Positions 18,049 to 27,050 of a DNA stretch of 35,242 nt are shown here, piece by piece. This DNA is from Burkholderiales bacterium (GTDB lineage: Bacteria; Pseudomonadota; Gammaproteobacteria; Burkholderiales; SG8-41). Every line of letters begins with the position of its first letter. The stretch's first letter is position 1. The stretch spans positions 1 through 35,242 of the forward strand of contig JAIESJ010000049.1 in assembly GCA_019746155.1 (NCBI GenBank). Direction: 5' to 3'. The notes under the pieces are model-generated. The model worked only from the letters and a program-made list of their open reading frames with translations, made no database searches and was not told the DNA's origin. The position numbers and the translations under genes are program-made.

Positions 18049-18217
18049 GTTATGTCTTTTGTAACATATTGTTTTTACTATATTTTTTCGAGTATCAGCT
18101 TTTGATCTTATCGGCGTTTATCCGCGTACCCCTCAAGGCACCCGTCAAGCGGGTATTGAGAAGAAAGGTATTAAAAAGAATTTATCGGCGGCTCAAAAAG
18201 CAGTAAAGCCGTACTCC

Positions 18218-19084
18218 TTACTGCAACGCCGTCTTCGCCGCACGCGTCGCCGTCCAGCGCGCGCTCTTGCCACCGCCCAGATCGACCGTGCCTTCCATTC
18301 TGTCGCCCGCAACGCGGCCCCGGAACATCTGGCGCAAGCCATCCGCAGCGATGGCAAAGCCGATGTCCTCGCCACGCAGCGTCGGCTGCAGGAGCTTGAG
18401 GTTCCTGCCCCCCGAGTTCACCGTGCCCTCGAAATTCTGATAAGTCTGCCGCAGCGCAGCCTGATAATGTGATCCTCCCGCCACCGCGATGCGCCAGTTG
18501 CCGGCGATCTTGGCCGGAACGATCCACAGATAAATCGTCGCCCGCGCCACGCCGTTGACCTTCTCCTTCTCCGGCACGTCGAAAGTAAACTCGTCGTCGT
18601 GCTGCCATTCGCCGAAATGATAGTCGTGCGACACCACGCGCGCGCCGGGCCGGAGTTCGGTATAGATCTTCGCGCTCAGATTTTTCATCATTTCCGGCAG
18701 CAGGTATAGCGTGAGCACCGTGGCGCGACTCAAATCGGCCTTAAACACGTCCCGCACCTCGAACTGCGCGCGGTCGGCGATGCCCAGCCGACTGGCTTCG
18801 TTATTGCTCAGTTTGACCAGAGCGGGATCGATGTCGACGCCGAAGCCGCGCGCCTTGTAGCGCTTTGCCGCGGTCAGCACGATCACGCCGTCGCCGGAAC
18901 CGAGATCGATGACGAAATCGTCCGGCCCGACTTTCGCCATGGCCAGCATCTGATCGACGACGACCTGCGGCGTCGGCACATATGGCCCGCCCGATCTTTC
19001 CACTTCCGCCGCGAATACCTGCGGCGCCAGCAGCGCGACGCATAACATCGCGCCGCGCGCCGCATGCTTCAAGCCTGCAAGCAT
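18218..19084 (-). CDS. Signal-peptide class I SAM methyltransferase, copy 3
   Basis: MLAGLKHAARGAMLCVALLAPQVFA-AE signal; PYVPTP, IDLGSGDGVIVL, YLLPEMM, GARVVSHDY, WIVPAKIAG. Confidence 0.88.
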   Translation of the reverse strand: MLAGLKHAARGAMLCVALLAPQVFAAEVERSGGPYVPTPQVVVDQMLAMAKVGPDDFVIDLGSGDGVIVLTAAKRYKARGFGVDIDPALVKLSNNEASRLGIADRAQFEVRDVFKADLSRATVLTLYLLPEMMKNLSAKIYTELRPGARVVSHDYHFGEWQHDDEFTFDVPEKEKVNGVARATIYLWIVPAKIAGNWRIAVAGGSHYQAALRQTYQNFEGTVNSGGRNLKLLQPTLRGEDIGFAIAADGLRQMFRGRVAGDRMEGTVDLGGGKSARWTATRAAKTALQ

Positions 19085-19112
19085 ATATGTCCCCCGGTTC
19101 CACGCGCTCAAC

Positions 19113-19940
19113 TTAAAATTCCAGCTTGTCGCCGGGATTGATCGCATGCACCTTGGTCGAGGTGCTGCCCAGCGCCTCGATGTATTCCTTGGGCGTGCCG
19201 CGCAGGAAAGGATTGGTCCCGTAGTGCATGGGGATCGCATGTTTCGGCTTCAGCCACTCGTTGGTGGCATACGCCGCATCCCTGGGGCTCAGCACGAAGC
19301 GCCCGCCGATCGGAATCATCACCAGGTCCGGCTTGTAGTAGTCGGCGATCAGCTTCATGTCGCCGAACAGTCCGGTGTCGCCCATATGATAGATCTTGAA
19401 GCCGTTCTCCAACTCAATGATGTAGCCGACCGGCTCGCCGCCGACCAGGGTTTCGGGCTTGCCCTGGGCGTTCGGCCACAGCAGTTCCGAGCTGTGCTCG
19501 GCATGCGTCTGCGTGATCTTCACGCCGGGGAAGGGATTGATGGTGCCGCTTTTGTTCATGCGCGGCGCCAGTTCGGCCGGCAGCACGCCCATCGTGGTCA
19601 GTGACTGGTTCATGCCCGCCGGCCCCCACATCGGAACCTTGTGCTTTTTGGCGAGATCGGGCGCATCGCCGAGATGGTCGCCGTGCGCGTGGGTGACCAG
19701 AATCAGGTCGATCTTGCCGACCGCATCAAGATTCTTGTATTGCTCGGGAGTCTTGGGATTTCTGGTGATCCACGGGTCGACCAGGATCACTTTGCCGCCG
19801 GGTGTGGTGATGCGCATCGCCGACTGGCCCAGCCACAGTATTTCGATTTTCCCGCTTGGCTGCGCGAACGAAACGCCCGCGGTCAGCAGCAGCGACACAC
19901 CGGCCATCAATACCAACAGATTGCGATACCAGCTTTTCAT
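19113..19940 (-). CDS. Secreted metallo-beta-lactamase-fold hydrolase (UPF0173/UlaG-like)
   Basis: Signal MKSWYRNLLVLMAGVSLLLTAGVSFA-QP; THAHGDH, AEHSS, YHMGDT, IPIGG, IPMHYGT; GGAGG RBS. Confidence 0.9.
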   Translation of the reverse strand: MKSWYRNLLVLMAGVSLLLTAGVSFAQPSGKIEILWLGQSAMRITTPGGKVILVDPWITRNPKTPEQYKNLDAVGKIDLILVTHAHGDHLGDAPDLAKKHKVPMWGPAGMNQSLTTMGVLPAELAPRMNKSGTINPFPGVKITQTHAEHSSELLWPNAQGKPETLVGGEPVGYIIELENGFKIYHMGDTGLFGDMKLIADYYKPDLVMIPIGGRFVLSPRDAAYATNEWLKPKHAIPMHYGTNPFLRGTPKEYIEALGSTSTKVHAINPGDKLEF

Positions 19941-20008
19941 GACTTCCCCCCCTCCAGGGTGGTTAAGAGCGCATAACAAAAAGACCAAGTTCAAAACAAA
20001 AAAGCATT

Positions 20009-20125
20009 AGCCACAGAGAGCACAGAGACTACAGAGGAAAAACAAACTACGAAATATGATTCGTATCTGATTGTTTTAAAAAATATTTATGGATTCTCTC
20101 TGTGAACTCTGTGTCCTCTGTGGCT
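20009..20125. repeat. Long imperfect inverted repeat built from 9-nt CACAGAG-NN units
   Basis: AGCCACAGAGAGCACAGAGACTACAGAG (20009-20036) versus CTCTGTGAACTCTGTGTCCTCTGTGGCT (20098-20125), AT-rich spacer, A/T tracts outside. Confidence 0.85.
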
Positions 20126-20150
20126 GACAGTTTTTTTATTTTTAGCCACT

Positions 20151-20918
20151 CTAAGGCTTAACAAACTTCAGCACGAACTCGTCATTCGGAATCTTCGGCT
20201 TGAATACCGACGCATCGCGCGGATCGTCCGGGTTGCGCAGGAAACCGGCTTCGCCGACCAGTTTGAAGCCCGCGGCTTCCACCTCCCGGCGCAGCACGCT
20301 TTCCTCGATGCGGTGCAGGGTCTTGCCCTCGCTCACGCCCGTGCCGGGACGCCCGGAATGGTCGGCGACAATGTACAGACCGCCCGGCTTCAGCGCCGTG
20401 AACACCGCACGGTTCATTTTATTCCGGTCGACGCCCAGCCAGACGGTGTCATGATAAACAAAATTGAACGTCACGAGGTCGAGGTTGCGCGCTTCCGGCG
20501 GCACCGGGTCGTCGAATTCGCGCACCAGGGGAACCACGTTGCGCATCGCCGGCTTTTCCAGCCGCTCGCCAAAGCGTCCTTTGACGATGTTTTCCAGAAG
20601 ATAACGGCTGTTCTGGGCGTAGACGACGCCGTCCGGCCCCACGACGCGTGCCAAAAGCTCGGTGTTGTAGCCGCCGCCCGCCCCGAGATCGAGAACGCGC
20701 ATGCCCGGCCGCACCCCGTAAAACGCCAGCAGTTTCTCCGGCTGACGACGCTGGTCGATCACCCGGTCCGCGTCGCTGCGGTCCGGGCTGTGCACCTGCC
20801 AGAAATAGAAGTTGTCCGGCAGCGGCCGCTCGGGCAGAAGACCGGCGCAGCCGCTCATGAAAAGCAGCACCGCCAATACAAACCCGTGCAGCCTGCCTTC
20901 CCCGTTTGTTTGCGTCAT
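20151..20918 (-). CDS. Predicted lipoprotein SAM methyltransferase (COG4798-like)
   Basis: FVLAVLLFMSG-C lipobox; RRQPEKLLAFYGVRPGMRVLDLGAGGGYNTELL, YHD, LKPGG, ADH, HRIEE, LRNPDD. Confidence 0.85.
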   Translation of the reverse strand: MTQTNGEGRLHGFVLAVLLFMSGCAGLLPERPLPDNFYFWQVHSPDRSDADRVIDQRRQPEKLLAFYGVRPGMRVLDLGAGGGYNTELLARVVGPDGVVYAQNSRYLLENIVKGRFGERLEKPAMRNVVPLVREFDDPVPPEARNLDLVTFNFVYHDTVWLGVDRNKMNRAVFTALKPGGLYIVADHSGRPGTGVSEGKTLHRIEESVLRREVEAAGFKLVGEAGFLRNPDDPRDASVFKPKIPNDEFVLKFVKP

Positions 20919-20936
20919 CGCCCGCCCTTCCCTTAT

Positions 20937-21158
20937 TTCCCGGTGGACATCGTGCTCGGCCACTTCGGCTACATGCGCACCGACAAAGGTCTCGGTGCGC
21001 CAGGTTTCCAGGCCCTGCTGCGCCTGATGCGCGCCAGGCGCTGCTGGGTCAGGCTCACCGGGCCATACCGGATTTCCGCGACCGATATGCCCTATCCCGA
21101 CGTCACGCCGTTCGCACACGCGCTGGTCGACGCGGCACCGGAACGCGTGATATGTTGA
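20937..21158 (+). pseudogene. Internal fragment of an amidohydrolase_2 (LigI/PDC lactonase-like) gene
   Basis: FPVDIVLGHFG..GFQALLRLM..CWVRLTGPYRIS..YPDVTPFAHALVDAAPERVI; stops where WGTDWPH is expected; no N-terminus. Confidence 0.75.
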
Positions 21159-21179
21159 AAGCTGCCGGGTGCGAACTCG

Positions 21180-23030
<1,851 letters not shown>

Positions 23031-23042
23031 GCCTCCCCGGGT

Positions 23043-24182
23043 TCAGCTGCCAGGCTGGAGAGTGACGCTGATCTCGATCTTGCGACTTTCTCGCAGGACA
23101 CTCAGCCGCACTGCGTCCCCCACCTGGAAATCGTCGAGCCTGGCGAAGAGTTTCGCCACGCTTTCGACCGGCTTATCGTTCACCGCAGTGATGATGTCTC
23201 CCGGAACGAAGCTGCCGTCAGCCCCGAGCCTTGCGCCCTTCAGGCCGGCGGCCTGCGCCGCGGAGCCAGGAGCGACGCGCAGCACCAGCACGCCTTCCAC
23301 GCCGAGCTGTTGGGTGATAGCGCGGTTGAGCGCTTCATCGACCTCGATGCCCAGGGCGGGACGGATATATTTGCCGCGCGCGATGAGTTGCGGCACCACG
23401 CGATTGACCGTATCCACCGGCACGGCAAAGCCTACCCCGGCCGACGCCCCCGAAGGGCTGTATATGGCCGTATTGATGCCGATCAGGCGACCGGCGGAAT
23501 CCAGCAGCGGCCCGCCGGAGTTGCCGGGGTTGATGGCGGCATCAGTCTGGATCAGATGCTCGATGACGCTGCGCTCGTCCTCGCCGGGCAGAGAGCGGTC
23601 CAGCGCAGAAATGATGCCGGTGGTGAGCGTCCAGTCAAGCCCGAACGGGTTGCCAATGGCAAAAACCTTCTGCCCTACCTTGAGGTCGTGACTCGTGCCG
23701 ACCGGGACCGGCGGCGGGCGCTTAATCCCGACGCCGATCCTGAGCACCGCCAGATCGTGCGCGGGGCTCGCGCCCACCAGCGCCGCGCGGTAGTCGCGGC
23801 CGTCATTCAGCCGCACGCGCGCTTCCGAGGCACCGGCGACGACATGGTAGTTGGTGACCACGTGGCCCTTTTCATCCCAGATAAAGCCCGAGCCGGTGCC
23901 TTTCGGTATGGTGAACACGTTGCGTGTCCAGAAATCCATCACGCGTTCGCTGGTCGTGATGTAGACGACCGAGTCCTTGGACTTCTCGAACAGTTCGATG
24001 GTGCTCTTCTCATCGGCGGCGAGATCGCCGCGCGGCGTGACCACCCGTGGGGCAGCCTCGCCCCCAAAGACAGTGCGCTCGATCCAGGACAGCATGTACC
24101 AGGCCATGAGGACAACCAACACGGCTGTGATGAGCCAGAGCAGGCGACGCAGGAACGGATCGGCGGACGAGCGATAGGTCAT
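23043..24182 (-). CDS. HtrA/DegP-family serine protease with N-terminal TM anchor and one PDZ
   Basis: GTGSGFIWD, VTNYHV, DLAVL, IQTDAAINPGNSGGPL; ATG 24182 after GAGGGAGG. Confidence 0.93.
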   Translation of the reverse strand: MTYRSSADPFLRRLLWLITAVLVVLMAWYMLSWIERTVFGGEAAPRVVTPRGDLAADEKSTIELFEKSKDSVVYITTSERVMDFWTRNVFTIPKGTGSGFIWDEKGHVVTNYHVVAGASEARVRLNDGRDYRAALVGASPAHDLAVLRIGVGIKRPPPVPVGTSHDLKVGQKVFAIGNPFGLDWTLTTGIISALDRSLPGEDERSVIEHLIQTDAAINPGNSGGPLLDSAGRLIGINTAIYSPSGASAGVGFAVPVDTVNRVVPQLIARGKYIRPALGIEVDEALNRAITQQLGVEGVLVLRVAPGSAAQAAGLKGARLGADGSFVPGDIITAVNDKPVESVAKLFARLDDFQVGDAVRLSVLRESRKIEISVTLQPGS

Positions 24183-24271
24183 ATTCCCTCCCTCAGGCAA
24201 AAAAAGGCTTCAGCACCATTCATGATCATGTTGACCGGCACCAGGGTGAGCAGCGGCCCCTCCTGAGTTTC

Positions 24272-24832
24272 TCAACAGCGTTCATTCCCCGTGGGCCGGG
24301 ATAAGCGCCCGCGTGCCGCCCGCTCGCCATCGCCGCCCGGCGCGCCGGGTTGGTTTACGCCTTGCCGCTCGAGGCAGTCTTCGCGCTCCTGCATGAGCCA
24401 ATAAACGATCCCCAGCACCAGCAGCGCGCCCGCGAGCGCGGCGATCTTGGGGGCCCCAATCTCGAGATCGAGGATGATGAACTTGCGCGCTACCGCGAGC
24501 ATGGCTATCAGGATCACGGTTTTGACCTGAACGATATGGTCCCGCCGCAGCGCCACGCGGATGATCGAGTGCTTGAACTCCATTGCGATGAGCAGCGTCA
24601 TGATCATCCCGAATATCGTCTGAAACACGGCATGGTCGAGCGGGCTTAAAGCCTCGACGGCAAGCAGGAGTACGACCGCGCGGACGAGCTGAAGCAGCGA
24701 AATCATGACGATGACCGAGATCACGCCCGCCAGGATCATCGCGACGACCTGCTCGTAGCGCTCGTAGACCGTCATGATCCGCCATTGCCTGCGGAACTCC
24801 GTGAGCTGCCGATGTGTTCCGGTATCGTTCAT
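24272..24832 (-). CDS. PsiE-family membrane protein
   Basis: YERYEQVVA, FGMIMTLLIAMEFKHSI, VKTVILIAMLAVARKFIILD; 4 TM. Confidence 0.85.
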   Translation of the reverse strand: MNDTGTHRQLTEFRRQWRIMTVYERYEQVVAMILAGVISVIVMISLLQLVRAVVLLLAVEALSPLDHAVFQTIFGMIMTLLIAMEFKHSIIRVALRRDHIVQVKTVILIAMLAVARKFIILDLEIGAPKIAALAGALLVLGIVYWLMQEREDCLERQGVNQPGAPGGDGERAARGRLSRPTGNERC

Positions 24833-25046
24833 CGTTCTTGTTTGTGTCGGATGCGGAAATTTTCGGAATCCGTTTTGCTCGTGACAAGCACATTTCTCTT
24901 GGTACCCGCCTCATGATACCAGCATCAAGCCATTACCTGTATTCGACCCCGGCACGCTTCAAGATTGTTTCGTTTTCCGTCATCGGTCACACTCACAGCG
25001 CGCGGCGCGGGTTAAAGGCAAGCTCGCGCGCCATCGTTTCATCAGG

Positions 25047-25093
25047 CTCGGAGAGGGCGATCTGAAAGGCGGTAGTCAGCTTATCGAGCACAT
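25047..25093 (-). pseudogene. clpB: clpB 5'-end scar
   Basis: ATG-TG-CTC GAT AAG CTG ACT ACC GCC TTT CAG ATC GCC CTC TCC GAG = M(x)LDKLTTAFQIALSE with a 1-nt frameshift; resembles the ClpB start MRLDKLTTKFQ.AL.DA and sits 35 nt behind a sigma32 promoter. Confidence 0.6.
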
Positions 25094-25127
25094 GTGTCTT
25101 TTCGTGTCGGGGAAACATGGTGCCGGA

Positions 25128-25155
25128 AAATGGGGCTGCCTGCACCCTTTTCAAG
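25128..25155 (-). promoter_or_regulatory. Consensus sigma32 promoter facing psiE-degP-ftsH
   Basis: Minus strand CTTGAAA-N13-CCCCATTT. Confidence 0.85.
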
Positions 25156-25288
25156 GAGGCCGCTTGCTCCATACCCGTATGATAAACGGGGGAAGTGGGG
25201 TGTCATGTTCGGTAACCGGTTCGAGAGCAGGCGGCCGGTCATGCAAGCGCCATGCGGTCGGGACACCGCGTCGGCCTCGCTTCCGGGA

Positions 25289-25317
25289 CTTGATTCCGGA
25301 GATACAGGCCACCATAT
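25289..25317 (+). promoter_or_regulatory. Probable sigma32 promoter of the hsp20 triplet
   Basis: CTTGATT-N14-CACCATAT. Confidence 0.55.
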
Positions 25318-25357
25318 AAGGTTTGCGCGAATCCCGGCGGGCCAACGCATCCGCAGG

Positions 25358-25371
25358 CTGATCTTGATCAA
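25358..25371. promoter_or_regulatory. FNR/ANR/FixK-like box
   Basis: CTGAT-CTTG-ATCAA, 9/10 match to TTGAT-N4-ATCAA. Confidence 0.55.
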
Positions 25372-25481
25372 CGGGCGCTTGCGTTTGCCGCTCGTGTTTC
25401 GTTGATCTCGCCGCCGCGTGGCGGCGGAGTGGATCACTCAACCGATTTTTTGATGGATGCCATTTTTAGGAGGCGAATAAC

Positions 25482-25934
25482 ATGTATCAATCCATTCTGT
25501 CCGCGCCTGGCGATCTGTTCGCCGAACTGGACCGACTCCGGCGCGAGATGCAGCAGAGTTTCGGAGGGCTGGGCATGCCATCCAGCATCCGCGCGGTGAC
25601 CCGGGGATCGTTCCCCGCGATCAACATCGGCAGCACGCCGAAGTCGGTGGAAGTTTACGCGTTCGCGCCGGGAATCGATCCAGACAAGCTCGATGTGAAC
25701 GTCGATCGTGGCCTGCTCAGCATTTCCGGAGAGCGCAGAAGCGACCTGCCGGAGGAAAGCGGCGAGGTGTCGATATATGCGAGGGAGCGATTCGCCGGAA
25801 GCTTCAAGCGCGTCATCAGTCTGCCTGAGGATGCAGATCCATCGCGCATCGAGGCCAGGTATCGCGATGGCGTTGTCCACATTTCGGTGCAGCGGCACGA
25901 GCCGGCACAGCCCAAGCGTATTGAGATCAGATGA
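25482..25934 (+). CDS. Hsp20 small heat-shock protein
   Basis: FPAINIG, APGID, ERFAGSFKRVISLP, ARYRDGVVHI; AGGAGG RBS. Confidence 0.93.
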   Translation: MYQSILSAPGDLFAELDRLRREMQQSFGGLGMPSSIRAVTRGSFPAINIGSTPKSVEVYAFAPGIDPDKLDVNVDRGLLSISGERRSDLPEESGEVSIYARERFAGSFKRVISLPEDADPSRIEARYRDGVVHISVQRHEPAQPKRIEIR

Positions 25935-25965
25935 GGTTGCCGACAACAGGACCGGAGGAATGAAC

Positions 25966-26343
25966 ATGAGTGACAGGAAAGAGTCTGCGAAGCAGGAACA
26001 ACAGCGCGCCGGCATGACAATCATGCCGGCAGTGGACGTGGTCGAAGATCGCACGGGTATCACCTTGACCGCCGACTTGCCCGGTGTGCCCAAGGACAGG
26101 CTGACCGCACGCGTCGATGGGGAAACCCTGCTCATCGAGGGAGACATTGCGCTGGAAACGGCGGAAGGCATGGAAGCGGTGCATGCCGAGATGCAAGGCA
26201 TGCGCTTCCGGCGGGTCTTCACGTTGAGCCGGGAACTCGACACATCGAAAAGCGAGGCGGCATTCAGGAACGGTGTACTGAGGCTGCGGATCCCCAAAGC
26301 CGAACATGCGCAGCCGCGCAAGATCGAGGTCAAGGTCGGGTGA
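25966..26343 (+). CDS. Hsp20 small heat-shock protein
   Basis: PAVDVVED, ADLPGV, FRRVFTLS, FRNGVLRLRIPK; GGAGG RBS. Confidence 0.92.
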   Translation: MSDRKESAKQEQQRAGMTIMPAVDVVEDRTGITLTADLPGVPKDRLTARVDGETLLIEGDIALETAEGMEAVHAEMQGMRFRRVFTLSRELDTSKSEAAFRNGVLRLRIPKAEHAQPRKIEVKVG

Positions 26344-26396
26344 TTACGGCGGCCCCGCGGGCCGCTCCACTTCTCGAATTGACGGGAGTTGTCGAT

Positions 26397-26900
26397 ATGA
26401 AAGCGCTTACGGAATTGAGACAGGGTTTGGAAGAAGTGTGGGAATCGGTTTCTGAGGGTTGGCGGCGTTTGCGGGAGTCCGCCGCCGGTGCGTTGACCCG
26501 CTTCAGGCCCGGGCAGAAATCATCGCTTCCGGCTGGCGTCGAAGACGATCTTTACCTGCCGTCTTCGGGATGGGCGCTGCTCGCGGGTGACGTGTTCGAG
26601 GATGCCGGGAAAATAGTGGTTCGCCTCGAAGTGCCGGGCATGGAGAAAAGCGACTTCAACATCGAAGTGCGCGACGATGCTCTCATCGTGCGGGGCGAAA
26701 AGCGGTTTGAGCGGGAGGCGAGCGAAGGGCGGTACCGCATCCTGCAGTGCGCCTATGGCACTTTCCAGCGCGTCGTTCCCCTGCCCGCGCCGGTGATCGC
26801 GAATAAAGCGAAAGCAACGTACCGTAACGGGGTGCTGAAGATCGAATTGCCCAAGGCCGGGCCCGCCAAGGCCAAAGCGATCGAGATAACAATCGGATAA
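26397..26900 (+). CDS. Hsp20 small heat-shock protein
   Basis: DVFED, LEVPGM, YGTFQRVVPLP, ATYRNGVLKIELPK; GGGAG RBS. Confidence 0.92.
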   Translation: MKALTELRQGLEEVWESVSEGWRRLRESAAGALTRFRPGQKSSLPAGVEDDLYLPSSGWALLAGDVFEDAGKIVVRLEVPGMEKSDFNIEVRDDALIVRGEKRFEREASEGRYRILQCAYGTFQRVVPLPAPVIANKAKATYRNGVLKIELPKAGPAKAKAIEITIG

Positions 26901-27050
26901 GGCACGGCTTCCCAGAGCAGTGAAACACGCACATGAACAGCATGCCGCGTGAGCGGCTTCAGCGATTCCGGCAGAGCCCCGGCTGCGCGCCGCGCTCCGA
27001 AGCCGCAAGGGCCGGCGTCCATGGTCGCCGGCCGGGATGCCGTGTCGGAG

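Noticed and set aside
20009-20125. CRISPR-like array
   Set aside because: Units are 9 nt with 2-nt spacers in inverted arms; no cas genes.
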